Shown: one piece after another, positions 140,829 through 152,101 of the stretch
Layout of the letters: every line of letters begins with the position of its first letter
Numbering within the stretch: the stretch's first letter is position 1
DNA from: Andalucia godoyi And28
Taxonomy: Eukaryota; Protista; Jakobida
DNA: 248,000 bases
NCBI GenBank assembly: GCA_009859145.1
Contig: VRVR01000021.1
Span: 20,001 to 268,000 of the forward strand
Reading direction: 5' to 3'
Translations under genes and position numbers: made by a program
Notes under the pieces: model-generated
The model's input: the letters and a program-made list of their open reading frames with translations, nothing else
What the model was told of the DNA's origin: nothing
Database searches by the model: none

Positions 140829-142247
140829 ATGGGAAGCGGTCTTCGGAAATCTCCGTTGAAGCAGACGGACCCCTCCAGCCCATTGGAACATCATCCATCA
140901 TCCCACGAGGATGCCTCTTGCAGTACCAACCCGAGTGCTGCTGCAAACGGAGATGATGACATTGATCCTGCAGCCGCACGGTATCTTCGACAGCGCCGAG
141001 GCGGACTCTTGTCATATGACACTGCTACGTTCACAACCGTGGATGCGTCCACCGGCCAGATGGTCACCATGGTGAGATCGTCTTATGCACCATCGTCGAT
141101 GCTCGGCACTTCTGAAGAAAATTCGACATTCGATGCTTCTTCCCTTATTGGGGGATCCAATTCGGCAGCAGCGGCGTCGTTCGTTGCAGATGATCCAGTG
141201 ATGGCTTATTACCTTTCGCTAGCGCGTTCTGGAGAGCACAATCAGATGCAAGACCCTCAGATAGATACTCGGATGATGATGAGCGAGAACATGAATGTTG
141301 ACGTAGAAATGACGGATGTCGATGTCGATGGCAGCGATGCGGTGTACGCCATGGCGGATCACGATGACGAAATGTTGTATCACCCATCAGAAGAAGATGT
141401 TATTGCGGAACAACAGCGTTTGGCAGCAGAAGAAGAGGCAGATATTTCCTCTCTCGAAGTCCCCGCTGGTAAACATCACATCATGCACCCGAAGAAGAGT
141501 GCTCTCAAGTCTACCAGCGCAGTTGCCTGTAAGCACGACGCACTTTCAGATCTACCCTTCGCGGCCGTTTCTTTGTCGTCCGTAGGCGTTGCGGAAGGCT
141601 GCACTTCTGCGAGTTCAAGTGGTTCAACCCGTGTGCATTTTAATCACACTATCATCGAAGAGGAGTATCCAGCCAATTCTCCTCCGGTGGCCGTTCTCTA
141701 CTGTTCGGAAAGGCAGGTCCGAAGATTGCCCTCTCAAGACAACCTGGATATTGTCGATGGCATTGTCGACCCAGTTCTTGAGAATCCTAGTGAGTCCATC
141801 GTCATCGACGGGCTTCCTGGAGATTCGTGTATGGGTGGTCCTTCAAGCAACTCCTCTACTGCAACTTGTGATTTATCGGATGACGAGACAGTGTCCGATG
141901 GACGCCCTTCATCAAGCGAATCTGGTGTTTTCCCTGAATTTGGTTATGGTGTTCCAATGTCTGCTGGTGGTCAAGGCAGCCGTCCACGTGTTCGGCATGT
142001 TCGAAGTCACTCTGGAAAGCCACCGGCAGCATTTGGAGATGTCAGCCAACAACAGCCGAACGGTGCCGATGTCCATTCAGCTGCGGTGAATGGTAACCAA
142101 AGTCACACGTTCATGTCGGATCTTCGACAAGTGATCGATGTGGAGAATGCGTCCGGACTGACACCTCGCGATCAAAGTGGGAATTCTCCGTCGTTTGAAC
142201 ACTGGGCACATCTGTACAAAACTGCGCAAGGTACCCAACAGCCATGA
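140829..142247 (+). CDS. Hypothetical acidic disordered protein (MG start, RVHF motif)
   Basis: 472 aa ORF. Confidence 0.55.
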   Translation: MGSGLRKSPLKQTDPSSPLEHHPSSHEDASCSTNPSAAANGDDDIDPAAARYLRQRRGGLLSYDTATFTTVDASTGQMVTMVRSSYAPSSMLGTSEENSTFDASSLIGGSNSAAAASFVADDPVMAYYLSLARSGEHNQMQDPQIDTRMMMSENMNVDVEMTDVDVDGSDAVYAMADHDDEMLYHPSEEDVIAEQQRLAAEEEADISSLEVPAGKHHIMHPKKSALKSTSAVACKHDALSDLPFAAVSLSSVGVAEGCTSASSSGSTRVHFNHTIIEEEYPANSPPVAVLYCSERQVRRLPSQDNLDIVDGIVDPVLENPSESIVIDGLPGDSCMGGPSSNSSTATCDLSDDETVSDGRPSSSESGVFPEFGYGVPMSAGGQGSRPRVRHVRSHSGKPPAAFGDVSQQQPNGADVHSAAVNGNQSHTFMSDLRQVIDVENASGLTPRDQSGNSPSFEHWAHLYKTAQGTQQP

Positions 142248-142495
142248 TTGCTTTCTTCTTCTGCGTCCGTCTTCCTTGCTTCGTCTCATCAATTTTTTTG
142301 TTTTGTTGTTGCTGTCCGGTTTCTAGAATTTCACAAGTGATTGGCATTGGATCGCCGTTTTTTTCTTTTCTTGTTTACTCGTGTCTAATGCTGCTTTCGT
142401 AGACAGAAATCCTGTTGTTATTGTAGTTGCATAATTAAAAACAAAAACGGGAAAACATCAAGCTCTTTTCGAAAACTTTCGGTGTTTTCGTCGGA

Positions 142496-143479
142496 TCATT
142501 CTGTCTTTTTCAGAATCTGCAAATTAGCCTTGTCAGAAAGTTTCCAGATTCCAAGTCTGTACAACAACGGAATGCATATCACGTCTCGGAGCATCATGAT
142601 ACTTGCAGTCGCCACATTGAGCTTTGATCCGTCAATTTCCGTCCAATGCACAGGGACCTCCAAAGTCTTGATGCCTAATCTCTGTGCACGGTAGAAGAGC
142701 TCAACATCAAACCCCCACCGATCAATATGCACGCCCTCAAACAATTGTATGGCAATGCTTCTCGGGAATAACTTGAATCCGCACTGCGTATCTCGAATGT
142801 CGCGAACACACAGGGAAGATACCAAAAAATGGAAAGAGTGCATTAGCAGATTTCTCAAAGGAGACCGTTTCGAAATCGCTTCATCCATGAGGTGCGCCCG
142901 TGATCCAAGCACAACGCCATTTGAATTGAGCTTACTTTGCATCAAGGAATACAGGGTGACAAGGTCTTCTATTTCAGTGGCACCATCTGCGTCCACCATC
143001 AGCACGTACTTCCCTCGGCTTGACAGGACCCCTTGTTTTACCGCATGGCCTTTCCCTCTGTTCTCGAGCAACGACAACACGCGAAGTTCTGGAACATTGT
143101 GCACAGCTGCAAACTGGCAAACTCTATTCACCGTATTGTCGCGAGATCCATCGTTCACAACCAAAATCTCAAACGTTGGGAAAAAATTCCTTGCCCGGGA
143201 ATCATTTCGAAGGAAGGAAATGGTCTGGTTGAGCATGATGGGAATCCGATCTTGTTCATTATAAGCAGGAATCACCAGAGAAATGTCAACTTCAGCCTTC
143301 GAAGACAATGTTGGGAAAGGTCGTTCTGCTGCTTTCTCCGACATCCCATCAATATACAGGGTCTTTGGGCTTATTTTTGTGGCAGAAACGTAAGATTTCA
143401 GAGACTTGATCGTCCAGGAAATGGCAAACAAACACACAAAGCCAAAGCCATAGAGAACGGGAGACAGAAAATCGATCAT
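142496..143479 (-). CDS. ALG5: Dolichyl-phosphate beta-glucosyltransferase
   Basis: VIPAYNEQDRI, NRGKG, MVDADGAT, DTQCGFKLF, WGFDVE. Confidence 0.93.
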   Translation of the reverse strand: MIDFLSPVLYGFGFVCLFAISWTIKSLKSYVSATKISPKTLYIDGMSEKAAERPFPTLSSKAEVDISLVIPAYNEQDRIPIMLNQTISFLRNDSRARNFFPTFEILVVNDGSRDNTVNRVCQFAAVHNVPELRVLSLLENRGKGHAVKQGVLSSRGKYVLMVDADGATEIEDLVTLYSLMQSKLNSNGVVLGSRAHLMDEAISKRSPLRNLLMHSFHFLVSSLCVRDIRDTQCGFKLFPRSIAIQLFEGVHIDRWGFDVELFYRAQRLGIKTLEVPVHWTEIDGSKLNVATASIMMLRDVICIPLLYRLGIWKLSDKANLQILKKTE

Positions 143480-143937
143480 GATTGAAAATACATGAGCAGA
143501 ATCTTGAAAATAAGCATTCAGAGGAACTGAAAATGAAGAAGAAGATTAAAAAAGGTGGAAAAACACAAACAACAACAACAACAACAACAAAAAGAAAAAA
143601 ACACTAATGCAAAACAAAACAAACGCTGAGAGTTGTGGATTCGAGTTGATTGTTGGAGAATTCTGTGACAAATGTTCGAGTGTAGAAGCACGACAGTTTG
143701 TTGCTTGCGTGCATTCAGCACCGAGGAATTCTGAATTTTCAGTCATTCTTGGCCTTCCGCGGGAGACAGTTCGAAGAGAAAGATGCAAAACTGGGGATGC
143801 CGAATATGCGCGCGGACTTCGAAGCGGGGTCGCAGGGTTGCAGGGTTGGCGGGTCGGCAATGGCCTGCACATGCGAAGACGACGGTGAAAAAATAAATAA
143901 ATAAAAAATGGAGTGAGCGAGAACTGCACAGCTTTAC

Positions 143938-144969
143938 TTATTGCGTCAAGAAATGGTCTAGCAAAGATAGCACTTCTTCTGGAGCTTCTTGCTGGACCCA
144001 ATGTGAGACTTCTGGCAGCCACACAATTTGCGAGTTTGGAGCGACCTGGCCGATTCCTTTCAAGAGTTCTTTTCCAAGTGCAATGTCCTTTTCTCCCCAT
144101 ACGACCAACACAGAGCATTGAATTGGCTTTCTGAGCTTTGCCTTCATTTCCCTGTCCGGAGCAGACAAGAAAATTGCGCGGTACCATGACAACATGGGTG
144201 CGAGTCCCTTTGAAGTATAGTACTTTGCAACCTCCACATCTTCTTCATTGCAAGTCGAAATCGGCTTGTATATATGGCTTAAGAACCCGTAGTCATCCAT
144301 TGTCAGCAACAGTTCTGGCAAGTAAGGCAGCTGGATAAAGAAGATGTACCAAGAGCGAACGAACGCTTGGTGGAGAGTCATGTTCTTCATAAACAATCTA
144401 GGGTGCGGTGCATTCAAGATCATCATCTTCTGCACCAATTCAGGATACGCGTGCGCAAAGTTCCACGAAACTGCACCACCCCAATCATGTCCGACAAGAC
144501 ACGATATGTGAGTGTAGCCCAGGGCGTCCACCAACAGCTTGATATCCTCAAGCAGGAACGGATGCATCATGTAGTTCTCAGCTCCTGCAGGCTTATCGGA
144601 CTCACCATACCCTCTCATGTCCACCGCCACCACGTAAAACCCCCTCTCGCCACCATCCTGTGCGGATGGCTGTTGTCGCTTTGCAAAATGGTCGAGTGCA
144701 AATCTCCAGCAGTACCAACTCTCCGGGAACCCATGCAGCAAGACAACTAAAGGATCGCCTTTCTTACCTACGGAAACAGTGTGCAGCTCCATTCCGTTCA
144801 AGAGCTTGACGCGCGAATGCGTTCCGAATCCAGTGGCCACGCTTGGTATCCGCTCACGATGTTTTTTCGAAAAGCACCGGCCCAACGAAACAATGCACCG
144901 AAGCACAATCACCAAGCAGACAGGAATCGCATAAACGCACCCTAGGGCAAACGGGATCCATCTGTTCAT
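143938..144969 (-). CDS. Epoxide hydrolase-like alpha/beta hydrolase
   Basis: LLHGFPESWY, DMRGYG, GHDWGG, SHWVQQE. Confidence 0.9.
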   Translation of the reverse strand: MNRWIPFALGCVYAIPVCLVIVLRCIVSLGRCFSKKHRERIPSVATGFGTHSRVKLLNGMELHTVSVGKKGDPLVVLLHGFPESWYCWRFALDHFAKRQQPSAQDGGERGFYVVAVDMRGYGESDKPAGAENYMMHPFLLEDIKLLVDALGYTHISCLVGHDWGGAVSWNFAHAYPELVQKMMILNAPHPRLFMKNMTLHQAFVRSWYIFFIQLPYLPELLLTMDDYGFLSHIYKPISTCNEEDVEVAKYYTSKGLAPMLSWYRAIFLSAPDREMKAKLRKPIQCSVLVVWGEKDIALGKELLKGIGQVAPNSQIVWLPEVSHWVQQEAPEEVLSLLDHFLTQ

Positions 144970-145469
144970 CGCAGCCACCCACACCCGCAACAAATTGTAT
145001 TGGTCGTCAACTCGCCACTCCTGTTTCCCACCCAGCTGAATCGGCAAATAACAATAATAATAAAAATAATAAATAATAAAAAATGTGCATGATACGTCTT
145101 GAAGAGGTCTCTCTCTGTCTCTTTGATGAAAAGAAAAGTCTTGAAACCCCCCGAAATTCCCGAAACTCCCGAAATTCCCGAAGGAGCCCTCAAGCGTCAT
145201 CAAGCTTTTTCCTGAAACAAATAAAGCAGTTTTTTTTTTGATACACAACAGCGTCCCGATTCCCGCCCAATTTCCAGGACTCGTTTTGCATGTTGCGATT
145301 TGTCACACGTCTTTTTCCTGCAGACACATCGTTCTTGCTATTTCTCTCTCTCTTTTTCTCGTTTTTGTTCTATCCTAGTCTTCTCGTCATTCCAGCAGAG
145401 TTTGTCCCAGAATTGTTCTTTTATTCTGCGCTGGTGGTGGTGAAGGCAGGGAGAAAGTGAGAACACGAA

Positions 145470-146957
145470 ATGGACTCCCAAAGAATGGCTCTTGCCACAG
145501 TGTCGGTGTCGCATCGCATGTCCGTTTCTGCTCTTTTGCAATCATCTGAAGGCAGTGAAGTCACTTTGTTTTGTCCTTCTTTGTGTGCCGATCGATGCGA
145601 GTCTCCTTCTCGAACAGGATCGCTTGCATCGACCTCTCCGGACACTGATTTCGAACCTCCCAAATCAATGAAGGGGGATGATGAACCAAGTTCGGTTTCG
145701 TGCGGGTCCAGCGAGAACGATACGGCTGATCCCATCCAGTCCGCGAAGCAACCAGCGGGAAAGAAGCTGTGGACAATGCCCACTTCCTCTGTACCGGGAT
145801 CCTTTTTGCCTGCGAAATCGGGCGAGAAGCGAAACCGAGTTCCTAGAGAACTGCAGTGGGCTCAGCGCGAAAGCCGCAAGGTCTCTGAGCACAGGACGTA
145901 TTCGAAGCTTGAGAATGTTCCAGTATGGGAAGACGGTAAGCTTCTCCATCCACCTCTTCACTCTGTGGATGTAGAGTATCGTGGGAGGTCTCGCAAACGC
146001 CGTCGCATTTTCAACTGCGACGAAGAAACAGACAAGCTTTTCAAGATCCACATTGTGAAGAACAGATGTGGGAAATGGACGCAGCTTTCTACGTACATTC
146101 AAGAAGAGCGCAAGAAGCTAAGGGAACTTTTGTGGGGGCGCGTACTGGAAAAAAGAGAAATCGACCAACAGAATGCGTATCCCCAGTCTTTCAAAGGAAG
146201 CAGTTTGGCACCGCTGGTTTCTGCTGAAGTTGGTTCTCCAGGCGCGTCGTCTGCAAATTCTGCTCCTGTGCGTCAGCCGCACACATCAATTCAGTCCTCC
146301 TCCTCCTCCTCCGCCATCTGCCACAGCACAGAAGACAGTGGCAAGGACGGAGGTGGCAAGAAGCGCGGCAAGTCCGTAGAGTACACACCGATGCCAACAC
146401 AGTCGAAATTCGAGTCAATTCTGCTTGCTCCCGAAGGACCGGATGCCTTGCAACCGGCAGAGATGCGGCACTATCAGAAGACGCTTCGGAGACCCGACGA
146501 AGGGTTGTACATTGCAAAGTCCACAATTCCAGGCGCTGGGTACGGGCTCTTCTCGCAGGTAGATATTCAGAAGAATGAGATCGTATCCGAGTATACGGGA
146601 CGGATCATGACGGATATCGACTATTCGTTGAGATACCCTGAAAATGACGCAGAGTACGTCATTTCGGTTGGGGAAGATCTCTCGATTGACGGCGACGACC
146701 CGTCTGCGACGACGCTTGCACGATTTGCGAATCATCAGCAAGGAAACAGAGCGAACGCAGGGTACATCATGTCTGGCTGCAAAGTTTTCGTTATTGCGTT
146801 CAAATTCATCAAGCGCGACACGGAAATCTTTACTGACTATGGAAGACAGTTCTGGAGCAATGGGCCGGGAGAAAAGGTGCACCGAACAAGATTCACAGAG
146901 CTCACAGGAAAGCCCGCATCTCCAAAGATCAAAAGCCACTGTGCGGATTCGTCATAG
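145470..146957 (+). CDS. SET-domain lysine methyltransferase
   Basis: STIPGAGYGLF, EYTG, ARFANH, EIFTDYG. Confidence 0.8.
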   Translation: MDSQRMALATVSVSHRMSVSALLQSSEGSEVTLFCPSLCADRCESPSRTGSLASTSPDTDFEPPKSMKGDDEPSSVSCGSSENDTADPIQSAKQPAGKKLWTMPTSSVPGSFLPAKSGEKRNRVPRELQWAQRESRKVSEHRTYSKLENVPVWEDGKLLHPPLHSVDVEYRGRSRKRRRIFNCDEETDKLFKIHIVKNRCGKWTQLSTYIQEERKKLRELLWGRVLEKREIDQQNAYPQSFKGSSLAPLVSAEVGSPGASSANSAPVRQPHTSIQSSSSSSAICHSTEDSGKDGGGKKRGKSVEYTPMPTQSKFESILLAPEGPDALQPAEMRHYQKTLRRPDEGLYIAKSTIPGAGYGLFSQVDIQKNEIVSEYTGRIMTDIDYSLRYPENDAEYVISVGEDLSIDGDDPSATTLARFANHQQGNRANAGYIMSGCKVFVIAFKFIKRDTEIFTDYGRQFWSNGPGEKVHRTRFTELTGKPASPKIKSHCADSS

Positions 146958-147630
146958 GACTCATAGGAAAAAGCGTCGCACGCGCACGCGCGCGCGCTTG
147001 TGTGTGTGAGAGAGAGAACCAGCTGAAGACGAAAGAAAAGAGGGGAGGGGGGAAAAAATCTAGTAGAGTAATAATAGTGCAAGTCTTTATAAATTACAAC
147101 AATATGCGCGCTTACATAAAATGCAAACAACCTAAACGGATTCGTTAGAACAGTTCAGCAAACACACAGCATGAAGAATGTCACGCTGCACTACGGAAAT
147201 ACAGAAAGGCACATAGAAGAGCGAGAAGAGTTTTCAGGAATGCATCATTAACAACTGTTTTCCACAACGTTCCCTTCAAAAGGAACATAGGAGTGGTGCA
147301 TGACGTGTCTAATCAATAATCATTGCGATTCTGAAAACACCTTCTTCTGAGCGGGACAAAAACAGCGACCAGAAAATAAACGAGAAACATACAATTTCTA
147401 TCTTGCAGGACGTTCCATTTCAAGATAAAGCTGCATCAATTAAAGAAAGAGCGAAGAGAAAGAGCGAAGAGAAAGAGCGAAGAGAAAGAGAGAAGAGAAA
147501 AGAAAGACGCGAAAGACGGAAAAGAGGGGCAGAGCGCAATGAAATTCGCGGGCTCGGGCAAAGACCGACCAGAGTACGACAGCAGTTGGATGCAAAGTGG
147601 ATATCAAAGGACTGCAAAAGCCGAGAATCA

Positions 147631-148895
147631 TCACGATTGGACAGAAACCACATGCAGGAACAAGTGGACAGATTTCCCGAATTTTTCCGTCATAACGGCC
147701 TGGGCGTGCTTGCGAACCCATGAAATCACACTCGCCTCATCACCAATGACGATCTTCTTCATGTTTAAATCGGGAACAACCACATCGGCATCGATTCGCA
147801 GGTCTCCATTCCGAAATGGTGTCCAACCGCGGATGGAGACAGAGACCGAGTAAGGAACTTCTTGGTTCAGCCTCAAAAAGACACCTTCTCGAATAGCCTC
147901 TGTTGCGAACTTGACCACTGGCGCATCCGACCTGACTCCTGGAGGATAGATCCATGTGCCGGGCTGCGCCTTTCTCTTGAGAAAGGCCTTCAGGTCTTCG
148001 ATACCCTGATTCTTCTGCGCAGAGACCATGAACACTTCCGAGCAGTTTTCCACAACCTTCCGGAGCTGATCAATTATGGGTAACAGCTTTCGATGGTCTT
148101 TCACAAGATCAATCTTGTTCAGCACCAGAGCGGTGGTCTCGGCTTTCTCACTCAGTTCTCGCATGAGCTTATCATTCGAAGGCATGTGATCCAACGGCTT
148201 TGAAGCATCGACAACAACAATGCCCAACTGAGCTTCCAAAATAGAAGAATACGCAATCTCCACAAGCGGCTGGAGCGACAATGCTGACCGCTCCGAAGCA
148301 GGAAGGACTCCGGGCGTATCGAAAAACACAATCTGGGTGTCATCCTCAGTCCACATCCCACGAACACGTTCTCTCGTAGTCTGTGCTTTCGGAGAAACAA
148401 TCGACACCTTTTCTCCAATAATACGGTTCAACAGTGTCGATTTCCCAACATTCGGATAGCCCGTGATGGAGACTGTCAGACTCTTCGCATTTGGAGGAGA
148501 TTCCGGAATCTGAAAAGAAAACGTCTTTACTTGCTCATCTGGTGGCAAGGACGAATCGCAGCAACAGGAACAACAGGAACAACAGGAACAACAGGAACAA
148601 CAGGAACAACAGTTATGATAGCAAACAGCAAACATGAGTATACATTCAATAAAATACGTACTCTTATGGATAGGATCTCGAAAAAGCTATTAGAAAATTG
148701 CATACTTGGTTCCTCAATATCAATCTGCGTTCGTTTTCGCTGTTTCGTTTTCGTTTTCGTTTTCGGATCTGGAATGACAACGGCGACCGGTTTATCAGCT
148801 ATTGGTGCCTCTTTCAAGAATAATCTAGACTTTCCAGAAGCAGATGACCGACTTGCGAAATGAATTCCACGAGCACATATCCGGATCATCATCAT
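147631..148895 (-). CDS. ERAL1: Mitochondrial GTPase Era, one intron
   Basis: GYPNVGKSTL, AQTTR, DTPG, NKID, KH domain EVPY. Confidence 0.9.
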
Positions 148896-149201
148896 CACAA
148901 CCACAACCACGACCACGACTACTATTACTATTAAGAGATACGTTCTTGTGAGGAAAAACTCGCTCAACTAAAAAACCATTTCGCTATTCCTAAACACTCC
149001 CGAAAAAAATCCAAAAATTTGAGGAGCCTCAATGAACTCAACCTGCTTGAAACGGGCACTCGACACTTGGCTTTCCCCGCCAAATTCCATTCTTCTCTTT
149101 CCTTTCCTTTCTTATCCGTCTTTTTTACACACTCTCTTTTAAGATTAAAATTAAACGTTTATATAGCTGCCCTTCCCACGACGCGAAAGAATTGAAAAAA
149201 T

Positions 149202-150572
149202 ATGCCTCGGCAACAGTCTTCTGGTTCCGCTCCAAAAGGACTGCTATTTTCTGGAATTGCAGTGTTTTTTAGTTCGGATGTTCCGCATGAAATCATCGAG
149301 GTGTTTCGACAGAACGGCGGTCAGTCTGCGAAAGGCGGGAAATTCGCATCGTTTGTCGTGTCTTCGAATGCAAATGATCAAACTGTCCGAGCGATGATGT
149401 CTTCTCGTCGACCGCAGATCGTCGTCCTACCAGCTTGGATTGAGAAATGCTTGCTCGTCAGCACACTTGTTCCGCTTTCGACATTCATTCTCCCACTTGT
149501 CGCCACAGCCGCGACAACTTCCGCGAGTTCCAGCTCGACGATCGCGACGCCTGTTGCATCCAGTTCAAGCACAAAGCCGCCAAATGCCACAAAGACTCCA
149601 GTGAAACAGGTTGTAGGCACGGAGGTCAGCAAATCGCCCTACAATCGAGCAATCGGCGAGCCTTCCGTGGACAGTGCTGCTGTTTATCAGCGAGAGGCTG
149701 CTGGTATGGAGCCGAAAGAATCGAGGAAGCGCTCCGTTCGGTCCGTCGTGCGAGCTGCAGAAAGTAGCAAGAATGACAATCGCAATCAGGACAATGATGA
149801 CGACGATGGCGACGATGACGACGACGATCGTGATGTTCGTGATGTTCGTGATGAGAACGGTGACGACGACGATGGAAATGGTGTCCAAAGCCCAGAAAAA
149901 TTAGTAGAAGATGGAAGAAGAGGTCGAAAGATTCGGAGAAGACTCATTGACGAGACTCCCTCTGCGAGTCAGCAGCAAGTCGCAAATGTTCTAGCGTCGC
150001 TCGCAACGCAGGAGATTGCAGAGAACATAGAAGAATCGCAAACACAGGTGGATGCCAGCCTGCGGCCGCGGATTGGAACTTCGCCAATTGCTCGTCACTC
150101 GCCAGCTCACTCGGTGCAGAGAATTCAACGGCACTCGCTTTTGGAGTCATCGACCTCTCGCTCATTGTATGAGAATATCCCGCCGTATGCGAATGGCCGA
150201 GCATCACCAATTTTGGCCTCGGCGGACCACAATCGATCAGCATACACGCTGAGTACGTCGATGGGTCTTGGAGCGAGCAGTTCCAGTGCGAACGGACCGA
150301 GGGCAGCGCCTTCCATCTTCCAAATGACTAAGAGTCTTTCATCGGGAGCTTTCCTGGCAGTTCCTCGCACCATGTCGTCGATTTTGCGCCCTGCTGCTCT
150401 TCCTGTTCCGGGAGCAAACACCAAGTCGAATACTCCGTCGTCGCAGTTGTTTGCATTTGCTTCTGCTTTAGGTGGCTCCCGATTTAGCGCACCCATTCCT
150501 GTTCCGCTGGTTCCAAATCCTCTTGCTTTCACCAGAATGCCAGCTGTTACCGCGGTTTTCCAAAAAAGATGA
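149202..150572 (+). CDS. BRCT-domain protein
   Basis: LFSGIAVFF..VFRQNGG..VLPAWIEKC. Confidence 0.65.
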   Translation: MPRQQSSGSAPKGLLFSGIAVFFSSDVPHEIIEVFRQNGGQSAKGGKFASFVVSSNANDQTVRAMMSSRRPQIVVLPAWIEKCLLVSTLVPLSTFILPLVATAATTSASSSSTIATPVASSSSTKPPNATKTPVKQVVGTEVSKSPYNRAIGEPSVDSAAVYQREAAGMEPKESRKRSVRSVVRAAESSKNDNRNQDNDDDDGDDDDDDRDVRDVRDENGDDDDGNGVQSPEKLVEDGRRGRKIRRRLIDETPSASQQQVANVLASLATQEIAENIEESQTQVDASLRPRIGTSPIARHSPAHSVQRIQRHSLLESSTSRSLYENIPPYANGRASPILASADHNRSAYTLSTSMGLGASSSSANGPRAAPSIFQMTKSLSSGAFLAVPRTMSSILRPAALPVPGANTKSNTPSSQLFAFASALGGSRFSAPIPVPLVPNPLAFTRMPAVTAVFQKR

Positions 150573-150773
150573 ATGATCTTTTTTTTTTTTTGTTGTTGCC
150601 CCACCCACGCACTGCATGTCGCAGGCGGCGAATCTGGATGTATTGCCAATTTCTTTTCGGATCATTTACTGTACAAATGCAAATCAAGACAATAATAAAG
150701 AACAACAAACGAACGCCATTCTTGATGATAATGTTAAATTGCGCAGAGCGATCCGCTTAACCTGCCCTACCGA

Positions 150774-151679
150774 CTATGGTTGCTGTGATTGTCGCTGCTG
150801 CTGCTGCAGTTGCTGTGCATTCACACGCTGCGCAATGGCCTGGAGTTGTGATTCCAGATTCTGGGAAATCTTCTTATCGGAGATTGTGAACTTCTGATAC
150901 TTGTCATACGGCGACGGCTTATAATCCTGGAGCAACTGATGGATCTTTTGTTGAGGGGTTTTTGGCCCTCTGGAAGTCATGCCTCCCATCTTTTGCGCAT
151001 TGGTGTGTGGTGTCGCGGGAGCATTTGTCCGGAGCGACGCATATGTGTACTTGTGTAGTCCAGCATAGTACGAGATCTTCTTCTGATCCTCACTCGGCCC
151101 CTTCTTTGTGCTTTTCAGGTCAGAAGTAGAGGAAAGAGTCGTACTGGATCCATGCTCAGACACAACCGACGAAGATGGCTTCTCTGGTGGGGTTTCCAGA
151201 ACGGACGAAAACCGAACCCGGCGCGGCGTTTCTCCATCGCTTATTCCCACGACGTCATCTTCTTCTCCTGCGCCCTCATCACGATCGCCATCCACTCCTT
151301 GTTCCATGAAATTCGGATCATTATTCTTTTGAATTGTGTCACCATGAAGTGCGTCATCCAGCAACTGATGCAACCGCTCCTCGGATTCGTCGCCATCTTC
151401 CAACGGAGAGGGCTCAAGGTCCTGGTACTCCTCATTATTCGTGTCTTCTGACAAATGATCCTGAACTGAATCTGTCTCTGTGTTCGTTTCAGACGTTTCT
151501 CTATATTTCAAAAGATACAGAAACTTCAATCTCCTAACAGTCTTTAGTAGCTCATGGAACTCAATCATTCGACCACGCGCATTCACGACTCTGCGTCCGC
151601 GATGGCGCAGATCACGCAACGACATTTCTTCAGTTCCGTCCGCTGGCTTCACTGCTGGACCCGCGGTCGCAACAGACAT
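150774..151679 (-). CDS. Hypothetical protein
   Basis: 301 aa ORF with RVRF. Confidence 0.5.
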   Translation of the reverse strand: MSVATAGPAVKPADGTEEMSLRDLRHRGRRVVNARGRMIEFHELLKTVRRLKFLYLLKYRETSETNTETDSVQDHLSEDTNNEEYQDLEPSPLEDGDESEERLHQLLDDALHGDTIQKNNDPNFMEQGVDGDRDEGAGEEDDVVGISDGETPRRVRFSSVLETPPEKPSSSVVSEHGSSTTLSSTSDLKSTKKGPSEDQKKISYYAGLHKYTYASLRTNAPATPHTNAQKMGGMTSRGPKTPQQKIHQLLQDYKPSPYDKYQKFTISDKKISQNLESQLQAIAQRVNAQQLQQQQRQSQQP

Positions 151680-152101
151680 GATGAATCAATTACCTCGAGG
151701 TCCGTTCCACCAGAAACCAAAAATTCGAGAAGAATTCGAAAAGAAGAAGAAACTGCTGGAGCTTGAACAACAAATCCCACAACAAAAAATCAAAAACGAC
151801 GTCGGGGGGTTCGTAGTCAAGACGTTGGTGGATGCTGCTGCTGCATCATTTGATGCTTCCGTCCTCCACGCTTCGCCATGCGTATTTCCCCGCAGTCCCC
151901 GCCATCAATTCTGCCGTCCGACACGAAAAGACTCACATCGCAAATCGGCATGTACGACATTATAGAGAGACGTCTGCCTTGATGTCGCTTTTCTTTTCAT
152001 TTCCCCATGTTTCTTTAATTAAAAAAATATTTCGTTGGCAAAATTTACCCTCCCAAGACGGGGAAAGATAAAAAAAAAGGAAGGAGAAGAAGGAAGAGAA
152101 G